Source: Eledone cirrhosa
Lineage: Eukaryota
DNA: 64,000 nt
Direction: 5' to 3'
NCBI GenBank assembly: GCA_964016885.1
Contig: OZ024741.1
Location: forward strand, 120,404,001-120,468,000
Below, piece by piece: positions 45,824 to 59,453 of the stretch. A program made the translations under genes and the position numbers. The notes beneath the pieces are model-generated. The model searched no databases. It was not told where the DNA came from and saw nothing but the letters and a program-made list of their open reading frames with translations. Position 1 is the first letter of the stretch. Each line of letters opens with the position of its first letter.

Positions 45824-46209
45824 GTAGGTAATTCTCTATCTATACAACGATAAACCTTAAATTCATCATGCCGTGACATATTTAAGTAGTTGATTTTGAG
45901 AATAAAAGGTAGGTAACTCTCTATCTATATATCGATGGCCCCTAAACTTCTCATGGAGTCATAGGGGGCGCCGTCATGACATACTTAAGTAGTTGATGAT
46001 ATGTAAGAAAGAAGATAACCATAATAAAGTGTGGGAAGGACAAACTAGATAAAAGACCACATCTGAGGTATGTGTGCTTATAATGTTCTTCAGTGTTTGT
46101 GTGTCTTTAATTCAGACAGGTCAAATGTATTCATTGCCACCATTACCTAATTATGCTTACGGAAGTAATAGTAGTTGACTAGTACACATACACATGTACC
46201 CTTAACATA

Positions 46210-46505
46210 GTGGACGTAGCATGGCTGAATGGTTCATGAGTTCGCTTCGAAATGATTAGGTCCCGGGTTCGATCCCACTGCATGGCATCTTGGGTGAGTA
46301 TCATTTACCATAGTCTTGGGTTGATCTCATTCCTTGTAACTGAGACTAAGGAGTTGGAAACAGTTCGGAAGCCCTTCGAGTGGGCTGTATCTGTAATTCA
46401 AAGGGCCAATCTTGTTACTAACTCTGTCATTCAGAATCCCTCTGAAAATTATGTTGTGGAATGCTCTGCCACTTACACGTTAATTTCATGAGCGGGCTGT
46501 ACAGT
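46210..46505 (+). mobile_element. tRNA-derived SINE, second family
   Basis: A-box-like TGGCTGAATGG and B-box GGTTCGATCC; related heads near 31600 and 56580. Confidence 0.65.
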
Positions 46506-46567
46506 TGTTTGGCTGATTTTTTTTATAGTTACCGACTAATATTATGCTCATTTGTGTTTTGACATTT

Positions 46568-46625
<58 letters not shown>

Positions 46626-46855
46626 AAATTAAATTAAGGGTGTCATGTCCGAGAGACATGCGCCATATCCACTGTAGTTAATTAGTTACCTACCTAGCTG
46701 TGTGTGCTTGCACACTTTACAAATTATTCCCTGTGATTGTTTCATATGTTTATTTTATATATATATATATATGTCAATCAATTTCTAGTTGATATATATA
46801 TATATATATATTGGTATGTCTATGTGTTTAAATCATTTGTGCAACCATTTTCCAG

Positions 46856-47039
46856 ATACTACACAATCGTGATCGAATTTGAGACTTACTACCCTCAGAT
46901 TCCTCAAGAGCCAGTGTGGCTTCGAGTTTACCTGGAAGAATTGAATAAACTAAAGACTAAACGGCCAATAAACATAGAAAACAGCATATTTGAAGTATTC
47001 AAGAAACATTTTGGTCTGAAAAGAGCACTTAAAAGCAAG
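46856..47039 (+). CDS. ANKAR: ANKAR coding exon 6
   Basis: (R)YYTIVIEFETYY...FKKHFGLKRALKSK; phase 2 to 0. Confidence 0.88.
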
Positions 47040-47344
47040 GTGATGTTGTCCATTAATCTTTTCTTTTTTACCGTCTTTATTTTTCGAGGCCTATAAAAAA
47101 AAGTACCTGTCTAGTACTAGGGTCGGTTTTTCCTCTATATCTCTCTCATATTCCCTCCTTCTCTAGAAGAAATTGAATGTGGTCAGACCTGGAGAGGAGA
47201 TGGACTTAAGAAAATGCCCAAGAAACGCCTTATGTCACAACAGCAACATTACGACTCTACTAGGAGTTACGTGTCATTAAAGCAAAAAAGACTCTTCAAG
47301 TCAGTTTCTCCAAGAAAAAAGGATTTCATAAGATTAACTGATGG

Positions 47345-47566
47345 TTAGTCTTTTATCTAAGTGACGTAATTAGTAGTGGAGGAGGTTGCTCTGAAAGCAT
47401 AGTAACTGGAATAATAACTGGATGAGAAAAGTTCAGGACGCTACCACTTCTGTTGAGAGCAAAAGGTTTCTCTCTACGAACGAAAGGCCGGTTGTATGAT
47501 GCTTGCATCCGAAGTACAGTGTTGTATATTAGTGATACATGGGCAGTGAATATAGAGGATATGCGA

Positions 47567-47572
<6 letters not shown>
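47345..47572 (+). mobile_element. RTE fragment
   Basis: KGFSLRTKGRLYDACIRS matches the RTE ORF at 9370-12309. Confidence 0.8.
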
Positions 47573-47630
<58 letters not shown>

Positions 47631-47728
47631 TATATATATATGTAAAAGGTAAACAGAAATAACAACGCATTCGGTACAGTATATGGAAGGTATATATTAG
47701 GTTAACGCTTGATATAGCAAGAAGAGGG

Positions 47729-47764
47729 TCTTAACGTTTCGGACGCTAGTCCTTCATCAGAAGA
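47729..47764 (-). ncRNA. Minimal hammerhead motif
   Basis: Minus strand: tctt-CTGATGA-a-GGAC tagc GTCC-GAAA-CG-TT-aaga. Confidence 0.8.
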
Positions 47765-47941
47765 AAGAATGAGAAATAAAATAGATTAAGGGGACGGGCG
47801 GGATGGAATTGGAAAAAATGTCTTTAGATAAAAATAATAGGTCCATTCATGTTGACATCTCTTGCAAAACTGTTGGTGCTGGCGTTTTGTGTATGATTTG
47901 TTTTTTAGAAAAGTGGATGATGGCGCGCGTCTACCTGAAAT

Positions 47942-48015
<74 letters not shown>

Positions 48016-48142
48016 AAGTTTTATTTAAATTGTTGGGTTACAACGAGTAAATATTTATAACTGATATAAAAGCACTCAACAAGTATTTGGAGTATATTTA
48101 CGATATTAAATAAATGGAAACTATATTTATAAAACCATATTT

Positions 48143-48206
48143 ATTTCATTATATATATTTCAGGGATATCATATTAAAAATATGTTATGCCTTCTTCAGA
48201 CAAAAT
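48143..48206 (-). ncRNA. Hammerhead motif
   Basis: Minus strand: attttgt-CTGAAGA-(CATATT/AATATG stem)-GAAA-TATATA-TA-atgaaat. Confidence 0.65.
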
Positions 48207-48286
48207 ACAATATAAACAGTCTTATAAATAGATAGATTTGACATACCTTTCAACTTCAACTTCCATTTAAAAAGTTGATTTGGTAG

Positions 48287-48411
<125 letters not shown>

Positions 48412-48779
48412 GCACAATTGGATGTTTAGTGTGTATAAACAACGAACCAAAAATGATATAAAAGAAAAACCGGACATAAGAAGAATCAGCTGTAGTGTGC
48501 AATGGAGATGGTTGTACTAGTAGGGATGCATAATGCGAATGAAGGGTGATTGTTGGGGGTGCCAGGAGTTTTAAGTGGAAAGGAAGAAGTTTAACTTTGT
48601 AAATGGATTTTGCAAATCTCCATTTGCTTATATTGATCTTATTTGTGGATTTACATTCGTATATATATATATCCACTTCATGTTTTATATTTTTTTTTAA
48701 TATTTTTCCCGTCCTTTCATGTTCTTCCAGTTAACTCGCCACTCACTCCTTCTCGGAGTTCCTCTCCCCTCCCACTCTC

Positions 48780-48807
48780 CTGATGAAGGGCTTATGTCCG
48801 AAACGTC
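48780..48807 (+). ncRNA. Minimal hammerhead core with broken stem I
   Basis: CTGATGA-a-GGGC ttat GTCC-GAAA-CG-TC; the flanks ctctc and gtaaa barely pair. Confidence 0.6.
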
Positions 48808-48930
48808 GTAAACACCCCCCACCCCCCACCCCTACACTCTCATCAAGCGGGAAACACCATGTAACGTTTACTCCTGCGTTTGTTTGCTTATTGTTACTTA
48901 GAACTATGTATATATATATGTATATATATA

Positions 48931-50600
48931 GTATAAAAGAGAAAACACAGGTAAGCATTAAGAGAAGGATTTTACCCAGGTATTTACGACCGTTTCATTG
49001 GTAAGTGCAACCTTATATTGCTATACTGCAAACAGCAGCCACTCAATTATAATTGTTGTCCACGTCCAAATTTTCAAAATAGTGAGTAAGTTTCTCTTGA
49101 AATAGTTCTTAATATATAGAGAAAAACATTTTTTTGGAATTGTATTTACTAGTATAGAGAGAGAGGGGAAGAGGAATTAGAAGGTGAGGGGGACAAACGG
49201 AATAGTATAGAGAGAGAGGAAGGGGAAGAAGAGTTAGGAAGTAGAGTGACAAACTGAGATGGAGGGAGGGGTAGATGTGGAAGGATTTCTTGATCAGTTT
49301 TGATATGTAGACTTCATGTCGTTGAATGTAGTGAGTTAAAGAGAATTAAATTGATCATAGTGGGAGGGATGGAGAGAGAGAGGCATCGCAGCCCACCAAT
49401 AATGCCAAAGTTGCCCATGACAAGAATTGTAACTGCCACCTACCTGAAACCTGTCCATTACATAATGAATGAATGCAGTCTAACCTGGTTTACCAATGCA
49501 CAGTGGAATCAGACAACCAGAAATGGTATTATATCGGAGCGACTGGGAATACATTTAAAGCCCGATGGTATACACACCGTTACGCAATGAAACATTCCCA
49601 GCATCGTTATGTAACTACCCTTGCAAACAAGACCTGGCAACTGAGGGAAAGTAACCATCAATACACCCTGAAGTGGAAAAAATTATCGAACACGCCCCCA
49701 TATCGGAGTGGTATGAGAAGCTGTCGATTATGTGACCTTGAGCTGTTCCTCATTTTGAGTTCGAAGAATAAGTTACTCAACAATAAAATCGAAAGATCAA
49801 TTTATTGTAACCATAGACTCAAATAAAAGTTTTCGCACTACAAGTGCAAATCAAACCCTTAACCTCTTACTACCAACTGACAAACTGCATATACTTAGAC
49901 TTTATACCCTCTTATTGTATCTAAACCCTTTTAATTACCCACAAAAACCAATACCTATATCCCTCCCTTCTCCTTCATTCCTTTTCTATTTCTTCTATTT
50001 CTTCTTTCCTTCCTTCCCTCCCTTTTTGGCTATCTTTTCTTTTCTTCTTTCTCCCCCTTCTTTGCTTTTATTTTTGTCATTATTATCTTTATCTTTATTT
50101 TTTATATATATATATTTATCTCTGTATATCTCTCTCCCCACCCCCACCCCTCTCTCTCTCTCTCCATCCCTCCCACTAGGATCAATTTAATTCTCTAAAA
50201 CTCACTACATTCGACGACATGAAGTCTACATATCAAAACTGATCAAGGAATCCTTCCACCTCTACCCCTCCCTCCATCTCAGTTTGTCACTTTACTTCCT
50301 AACTCTTCTCCCCTTCCTCTCTCTCTATACTATTCCGTTTGTCCCCCTCACCTTCTAATTCCTCTTCCTCTCTCTCTATACTAGTAAATATAATTCCAAA
50401 AAAATGTGTTTCTCTATATATTAAGAACTATTTCAAGAGTAACTTACTCACTATTTTGAAAATTTGGACGTGAACAACAATTATAATTGAGTGGCTGCTG
50501 TTTGCAGTATAGCAATATAAGGTTGCACTTACCAATGAAACGGTCGTAAATACCTGGATAAAATCCTTCTCTTAATGCTTACCTGTTTTCTCTTTTATAC
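48931..50600 (+). mobile_element. Truncated PLE with inverted terminal arms (48931-49383 / 50149-50600) and GIY-YIG remnant
   Basis: Spacer encodes CNC..CPL..NLVYQCTV..YYIGATGNTFKARWYTH..CRLCDLE. Confidence 0.88.
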
Positions 50601-50733
50601 TTTATACTCTAAGATTGAACGGAATTCTTACAAACTTGTGGAGTTACCTCTGACCGTACGTTGAAACCGTCCATGAAACTGGCTTTCTTAACCACGAACT
50701 GGATCACAATAAGCAATTTTCTGTTTCCCTAAC

Positions 50734-50770
<37 letters not shown>

Positions 50771-51622
50771 GAATGTAAATCTACAAATAAGATCAATATA
50801 AGCAAATGGAGATTTGCAAAATCATTTTACAAAGCTAAACTTCTTCCTTATTCTGCCAGCCCACCGCCCTTGTAGTTTCTGTAAAATAAAACGGTTATTA
50901 TCTACAGTGACTACAACCACATTACATAATAGGCCGTGCTCCACATTTCCTTACGTACCTCAACTATAAACTTCCTCCAAACTAACAACCGAGACAAAAT
51001 AAACCTTAACAAAACATTAGTCTAACAGCGTAATGCCGTTCACCGGGAAGCTTGTACCAGAAAAACCATAGCCCATACAGCACAGCAAGAAAAACCAACC
51101 TATAATTGAAGCAGATTAAATGGTTAAACGGGTGAATATTACATATATACCATATCCAGAAGCAATATAAAATTAAGCACATACTTCAAAATGCATTATA
51201 TACATATATATAACTCCCGCCGAGGTTTGCTTTGCCTTACATCCTTGCAGAGTCGATAAAATAAAGTACTAGTTATACACTGGGTCAATTTAATCGACTT
51301 TCCCTTCCCAAAAATGTTTGGCTTTGTTCCCAAATCAGAAACCATTATACAGAAACTACATCATATGACAGCTGTAGCTTGATAACGTCAGTCGTCCCTA
51401 TTTTATGGCTGATATGGTCCATGGATAGTTTGCGAAATGAGGAATGCAGGTCCAGGCTTGATTTAGCGGGAGCTATTAGTAAAAGTGAGAGATTGGTTCA
51501 CCGTGTTTTCTGGGGGTGGGGGGGGTTCTTTACGGGTTAAGGCAATTTGAGAGTTTTCTTTATGTGTTAAGGCCATCAACGGTCTTATTTACACACGCGC
51601 GCGCACGCGCACGCACATACAT

Positions 51623-51777
<155 letters not shown>

Positions 51778-51916
51778 AATAAAGATTCAGTGAAAATCGC
51801 ATTTTCGGCGGGCAGGAAAAGCGAAGCGAAACACAAAAATCAGAAATTATATATATATATATATATATATATTAAATTCAAATATTAACAAAATAGATGT
51901 TCTTGTGATCAATTAA

Positions 51917-51982
51917 ATTTTATTATACATATTTCAGAGGTACTTGAATCAGGTTCAACAGTACGTCCTCATCAGATAAAAT
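51917..51982 (-). ncRNA. Hammerhead motif
   Basis: Inverted copy of 55833-55898. Confidence 0.7.
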
Positions 51983-54900
51983 AGAATGATACATGTCATA
52001 CCCTGAGATGTTAGATGGTTAAGATTTAATCAAGGTAGTGATTAACTTCTGAGAAAACTCAATATGTATACCCTAATAATAAGAACATGCGAAAGCGTAA
52101 TAGAATCAATAGAGAAGGTGTGAGTAAGAAAAACATTGCTTTAATGTAACAGTTATAGAGTTTTTAAAATCTGGGATACTACATTAGGATTATAGAGGAA
52201 GACATCTCTGGAGTTATAATTTTTTAAGTTTTGGGCTTGAGAAAGCAACTGATAGATAATTAAAAAGAGGGAGAGATAAAGGGGAGTAATTTATGCACAA
52301 ATTTTCATCGGACACATATAAACATGATAGCCTTGGCGGTTACATTTCAAAATATTTAATTTATGTTATTTTAGGGTGAAGAATCAAAATTTTAGGTTTT
52401 AAAAGTTGATGGTTATTTGTATTAATTTTATAAATTTTATAAATTTTATAAATGTGTTACATTTCTAAATTCGAAGTTTTATGAAAACAAATTTAAAGGA
52501 TTTACTAGGCCGGCGAAAGAAAAATGTACACTGTTCTATATTCACACAAAGGTAATCTTTAACAAAATTACTTGTAACAGTGTCAACATTTTCGGTATGT
52601 ATAATTTATGAAGTACTTGCTGTTATAAATATCAAGGAATTTATTGTTAAATAGATATATTGTCTAAAGTATAATAATTAACGCAGAGTTTTCAGCTATA
52701 TATATATATGTGTATGTGTGCATTAATTTTTTATTATATTATATTAGTTCTACCTTCAAGGGAAGAACGAACTCTAAATTATGATTATGCTATTATACAA
52801 TATACATATATTTGCACAATCAATATATAGCTTTATACCGAACAATAATTATGATTATGTTATTATACATTATAAACATAAATGCACAAAACTATATACA
52901 GGGATATACCTAACTATAATTATGATTATGTTAATATACAATATAAACATATTTACAAAAACTACATATAGAGAGATATACTAAGTATTAATGAGACAGT
53001 ATACTTTTGGTAAAGGATAACGATTATAATCTTAGATAATAGATTCATACATGTATAACTATAAAATACATACATATATATATATAAAAAAATGTAAACG
53101 CATGAATGATCAACAGTTCAAAATAAGGTCCGTAAAAATTTACAGGTTAGATATTTAAACTATATTTAAAACATGCATAACTATAAAATACATACATATA
53201 TATAAAAAAAAAATGTAAACGCATGAATGATCAACAGTTCAAAATAAGGTCCGTAAAAATTTACAGGTTAGATATTTAAACTATATTTGAAACAGAGATA
53301 GAAAAAATAAAGATATAGAAATAAAGGTCTGGATCAAAGTTAATAATATCCCAAAAGCCATATGTTATGTATATCAACGTGCCAGCATGTTATTAAACAA
53401 ATGTCATTCATTCAAACGTTATTTCCTTTATAGATGATTAGAATATAAAACAGTATTAAAGTTTTATAATCCATAAAGATTTATATTTTCAACAGTTGAT
53501 GATGTACGTCTAAAAACAGGCTTGGTTGCTTACTGTTTTTTCCTGATCTTATGTGAGGCTTGGAATGTAGACAAGGCTTTATGAAGGCAGTTTGAGAATA
53601 ATTCACTTTTTTTGTTAATTAAGTTCTCGTAATTATTAATAATCAAAAGGGTTTAATTATTAATAATTATTAATTATTAATAATCAAAATACCATTCCAT
53701 TTTTAATAGACACACTATTAAATTATCTTATTCTACAACTATGAATATGGCCCAAAACATTGCCAAAATAAACAGTAAAATTATAAAGCTGAATCAGCAT
53801 AATGATTTTAATAATAGTGTTAACATAAATAATAATAAACCAAAATGTAATTTTAGAAATAAACCTGATTGCCCTCTGCAAAATAATTGTCTGGATAGTA
53901 ATTTGGTGTATAAATGCACCGTAAAAACTGATTACAACACATACAACTACATAGGATAGACTTCTTCTACATTTAAGGCTAGATTTGCGAATCATAAATG
54001 CTCATTTTCGAATTCTAATAGGAAATCATCGACTTCTTTATCACAGCTTATATGGTCATAAAAAGACAAAAATTTAAAATACTCCATCTTTTCGACGAAA
54101 CTTTGTAATAGTGGAGTTTACCGAAACTCAAGTATATCAAGTAACTGCGCTCTTTGTACAATGGAGACCCTTTTGATTATTAATAATTACGAGAACTTAA
54201 TTAACAAAAAAAGTGAATTATTCTCAAACTGCCTTCATAAAGCCTTGTCTACATTCCAAGCCTCACATAAGATCAGGAAAAAACAGTAAGCAACTAAGCC
54301 TGTTTTTAGACGTACATCATCAACTGTTGAAAATATAAATCTTAATGGCTTATAAAACTTTAATATTGTTTTATATTCTAACCATCTATAAAGGAAATAA
54401 CGTTTGAATGAATGACATTTGTTTAATAACATGCTGGCACGTTGATATACATAACATATGGCTTTTTGAATATTATTAACTTTGATCTAGACCTTTATTT
54501 CTATATCTTTATTTTTTCTATCTCTGTTTCAAATATAGTTTAAATATCTAACCTTTAAATTTTTACGGACCTTATTTTGAACTGTTGATCATTCATGCGT
54601 TTACATTTTTTTTATATATATGTATGTATTTTATAGTTATGCATGTTTTAAATATAGTTTAAATATCTAACCTGTAAATTTTTACGGACCTTATTTTGAA
54701 CTGTTGATCATTCATGCGTTTACATTTTTTTATATATATATGTATGTATTTTATAGTTATGCATGTATGAATCTATTATCTAAGATTATAATCGTTATCC
54801 TTTACCAAAAGTATACTGTCTCATTAATACTTAGTATATCTCTCTATATGTAGTTTTTGCAAATATGTTTATATTGTATATTAACATAATCATAATTATA

Positions 54901-55832
54901 GTTAGGTATATCCCTGTATATAGTTTTGTGCATTTATGTTTATAATGTATAATAACATAATCATAATTATTGTTCGGTATAAAGCTATATATTGATTGTG
55001 CAAATATATGTATATTGTATAATAGCATAATCATAATTTAGAGTTCGTTCTTCCCTTGAAGGTAGAACTAATATAATATAATAAAAAATTAATGCACACA
55101 TACACATATATATATATAGCTGAAAACTCTGCGTTAATTATTATACTTTAGACAATATATCTATTTAACAATAAATTCCTTGATATTTATAACAGCAAGT
55201 ACTTCATAAATTATACATACCGAAAATGTTGACACTGTTACAAGTAATTTTGTTAAAGATTACCTTTGTGTGAATATAGAACAGTGTACATTTTTCTTTC
55301 GCCGGCCTAGTAAATCCTTTAAATTTGTTTTCATAAAACTTCGAATTTAGAAATGTAACACATTTATAAAATTTATAAAATTTATAAAATTAATACAAAT
55401 AACCATCAACTTTTAAAACCTAAAATTTTGATTCTTCACCCTAAAATAACATAAATTAAATATTTTGAAATGTAACCGCCAAGGCTATCATGTTTATATG
55501 TGTCCGATGAAAATTTGTGCATAAATTACTCCCCTTTATCTCTCCCTCTCTTTAATTATCTATCAGTTGCTTTCTCAAGCCCAAAACTTAAAAAATTATA
55601 ACTCCAGAGATGTCTTCCTCTATAATCCTAATGTAGTATCCCAGATTTTAAAAACTCTATAACTGTTACATTAAAGCAATGTTTTTCTTACTCACACCTT
55701 CTCTATTGATTCTATTACGCTTTCGCATGTTCTTATTATTAGGGTATAAATATTGAGTTTTCTCAGAAGTTAATCACTACCTTGATTAAATCTTAACCAT
55801 CTAACATCTCAGGGTATGACATGTATCATTCT

Positions 55833-55898
55833 ATTTTATCTGATGAGGACGTACTGTTGAACCTGATTCAAGTACCTCTGAAATATGTATAATAAAAT
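55833..55898 (+). ncRNA. Hammerhead motif
   Basis: attttat-CTGATGA-GG.GTACT..TGAA..TTCA AGTACC-tct-GAAA-TATGTA-TA-ataaaat. Confidence 0.7.
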
Positions 55899-56067
55899 TT
55901 AATTGATCACAAGAACATCTATTTTGTTAATATTTGAATTTAATATTAATAACTCTGGTAAATATTTTACTGTAGAGTGCTTCCAATCTACTGTAAAACT
56001 CATTCTTTGATGTACTCATTGAATCTTGTTTAACTCTTTAATATATATATATATATATATATTCCAG

Positions 56068-56290
56068 AACCATGCGTATGCATTACGATTATCAGCCCAG
56101 AAAGGACTCATCCCAGCCTTCCGCTATTTCTGTCGTAAGATTCCATCCAGTCGAAGTGTGAGCAAGCTGGATGACTCCGGATATTGTCTTCTGCACCATG
56201 CTGCAATGCACAATCGGCCTGCTATTATTGTTCTTCTCTTGCAACAAGGCTTAGATATCAATGTACGACGTCACAACTTAACTTGTGTCG
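56068..56290 (+). CDS. ANKAR: ANKAR coding exon 7 (first ankyrin repeat)
   Basis: NHAYALRLSAQKGL...DDSGYCLLHHAAMHNRPAIIVLLLQQGLDIN; CAG acceptor, GTAAG donor, phase 0 to 1. Confidence 0.92.
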
Positions 56291-56937
56291 GTAAGAACTT
56301 TACAGAAATCCTATTTATAAATACAAAATGTCCATAAATTATTTTACATCTTCCACTATGATAATCGTCTAGACGTATTGTGTACAACCAATGGCGCCCA
56401 CATTAAAGTGTTTTGATGTTTTTAATAAAACTTTATATATTTACCTATATTTTCCAGTAGACTCTATCGAGTTATCTTCACTTTTTCATTTGTTCTGAAT
56501 TTTTCAAATTGTAAAGATAATTTGTGGACACTTTGTATATTAATGTATAGTTATAGGTTTTAAAGCATAAAGTATGTGTCTTCGTGGTTAGAGTGGTCGG
56601 CTCATGATTAAGGTCGTGAGTTTTATTCCCGATGGCGCATTGTGTCCTTGAAAAAGACACTTTATTTTATGTTGTTCCATTTCATACAAATCCAACAACG
56701 CATGCTTTTGTATTATTTTTTAAAACCTCCATGCTTCCTGAGATTCGCCAACACTACACCTAATATTCCCCCTCCATACACACGCATACATGTATTGTAT
56801 GTCATGACTCATACACTATTCACTCCCCTGACATTTGTATATTATTCTATGTACTATACATGCATCTTTGATGAGTTGTAGTACACCTGAGCACTGTACA
56901 CAATAATTTCATTATTATTATTTTACATTATAAACCA

Positions 56938-57090
56938 AAGGCGGTGAATTGGTAGAGTCGCTAGAACGTCGGATAAAAGGCTTTGCGGTATTCGTTCCGG
57001 CTGTCTGTTCTCTGAGTTCAAATCCCACTTACGTCAACTTTGCCTTTCATCCATTCGAGGTCGATAAATAACAATATCAGACTAGTACAG
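56938..57090 (+). mobile_element. tRNA-derived SINE
   Basis: Same family as 8326-8520; another fragment at 51215-51350. Confidence 0.75.
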
Positions 57091-57386
57091 GAGTCGTTTC
57101 TTCCTCAATATCTCTTTATCACTTTCTATCCTTCTCTAGACGAAATCTGCCGACATAAGTCCTGGAAATGGATGGGTTCCGCCACACTGGAAATGCCAAA
57201 AATCGCTGTATTCCACTATTGCGCCCTTCGATTCCATCAAGAGTTATGGGATCATGCCATGCCATATTTTGAACCAAACTGTGTGTGTGTATGGACCCGT
57301 AACTCCTGGTGGAGTGGTAGCGTCAGCGTAGTAACATACGACGTATTTTGGGTATATTTTAAACCCGGTGGAGCCCATTTCCTCTT

Positions 57387-59368
57387 CAAGGTGTACTTAG
57401 CACACAGGGAGGCTGAGAGTAGGAGGTTTGCCAACGTTCTGCGACGGTAGGATCAGAGACGTGCGGTGTTCCGCATTGCAAGGCAGTGTGTCAGTGCAAA
57501 TCAGAATGTTGTTGGAGATCAACGTGTCCGGAATGATGCCGGTGTACTTAGTGTCACGAATGATCAGAAAAAGGAGGCCTGGAAATGTCATTATGAGAGA
57601 CTGATGAATGTAGAGAACGAATGGGACAGAGAGTAATTACCCCCAGTAGACCCGACAGAGAGACCAGCTATTGAGATTGACGAATATAGGGTGCAAGAGG
57701 CAATTAAGGAAATGAAGAATGATAAGGCTGCTGGGCCGTCGGGAATAGTTGCTGAGATGCTGAAGGCTTCAGGAGAAGTAGGCACTAAACCAGTTGCATG
57801 CATCATCAATCAAGCTATATATGGTGGTGTCATACCCAAAGACTGGTGCAGCAGTATTCTCATAAAATGTTACAAAGGTAAAGGGGATGCTCTAGAGAGG
57901 GGCAATTATAGGGGCATAAAGCTGATGGATCAGGTTATGAAAGTGGCAGAGAGAATATTAGCGCAACTGATTAGAGAAAGGGTCAATTTAGATGAGATGC
58001 AGTTTGATTTTGTGCCTCAGAAAAGTACAACGGATGCCCTCTTCATAGTGAGGTAACTACAAGAGAGGTTCTTAGAGAAGAATAAGCCACTATACTTAGC
58101 TTTTGTTGACCTAGAGAAGGCCTTTGATAGGGTACCCCGATCTGTCATCCGGTGGTCCCTAAGGAAACTAGAGGTAGAGGAATGGCTTGTGAGGACAGTG
58201 CAAGCTATGTACAGGGGTGCTGTCAGTAAAGTGAGAATAGGAATGGAGTTTAGTGAGGAATTCCAGATGCAAGTAGGTGTACATCAGGGTTCGGTCCTCA
58301 GCCCACTCTTGTTCATTATAGTCCTCCAAGCCATAACGGAGGAGTTTAAGACTGGATGCCCATGGGAACTTCTTTATGCTGATGATTTGGTTCGTATAGC
58401 AGATTCAGTAAAGGAGCTAGAGAATAAATTCTAGCTATGGAAACAGCAGTTGGAATCAAGAGGCCTGAGAGTGAACATAGCTAAAACAAAGGCGTTGATA
58501 AGTAGAAGAGAAGACAATACTCTGATTCCATCAGGGAAATGACCATGTTCTATATGTAGGAAAGGAACTAGCATAAATTCCATAAAATGTACGAAATGCA
58601 GATTTTGGGTACACAAGGGATGTAGTGGGATAGTAGCAAACTAACAGGTAAGGAAAACTACGTATGCAGTAGATGTACAAAGAAAGTTGGCAGTAGTAAT
58701 CGATGTGATAGACTCATTTTTCCAATGCAGGTGGGTTCTATAGGAGTGGTGGATAGCTTCCGGTACCTAGGTGATCAGATTAGCATGGGAGGGGGTGTTC
58801 CGAGGCCATAGTATCTAGAATAAGGACGGGTTGGAAGAAGTTTAGGGAACTGCTCCCTCTGTTGACAAAGAACGGTTTCTCCCTGCGTACGAAAGGACGC
58901 TTATATGATGCTTGTGTGAGATGCGCGATGCTGCATGGTAGTGAGACATGGGCAGCAACTGCAGAAGATATGCGACGACTGGAGAGAAATGAGGCAAGTA
59001 TGCTCCGTTGGATGTGCAATGTCAATGTGCGTGAACGACCAAGCATAGACGAGTTGAGAAAGAAGCTGGGTATAAGAGGGATGAGTTGTGTTGTGCAGGA
59101 GAGAAGGCTGAGATGGTATGGGCATATGATGCGCATGGAGGATGACCGATGGGTGAAGAAGTGCCAGGAAGTCCCAGTGGAGGGAAGACGCAGTAGAGGT
59201 AGACCACGAAAAACATGGGCGGAGGTGGTGAGAGTAGACCTCAGATCGCTGAAACTCACGGAGGAGGTAACGAAGGACCGTGTCGGGTGGAGAGATGATG
59301 TGCTGAATTGGACCCGTCCAACCCTTGCAAGCAGGGAAAAGCGGACGTAAAATGGTGATGATGATGAT

Positions 59369-59370
<2 letters not shown>
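57387..59370 (+). mobile_element. Decayed RTE LINE with (TGA)n tail
   Basis: RT motifs (NYRGIKL, GVHQGSVLSP, LYADD) with stops; homologous to 9370-12309. Confidence 0.9.

Positions 59371-59447
<77 letters not shown>

Positions 59448-59453
<6 letters not shown>

Larger units (their letters stand above)
51869..56040 (+). mobile_element. Truncated PLE with 1.78-kb inverted arms (51869-53652 / 54167-55946) and GIY-YIG remnant
   Basis: 514-bp spacer encodes CNF..DCPLQNNCLDSNLVYKCTV..YIG*TSSTFKARFANH; (TA)n on both sides. Confidence 0.92.

Noticed and set aside
50530-50560. GAAACGGTC-GTAAAT, resembling an HHR 3' half at the outer end of the 48931-50600 arms
   Set aside because: No convincing CUGANGA and stem I found upstream; not counted
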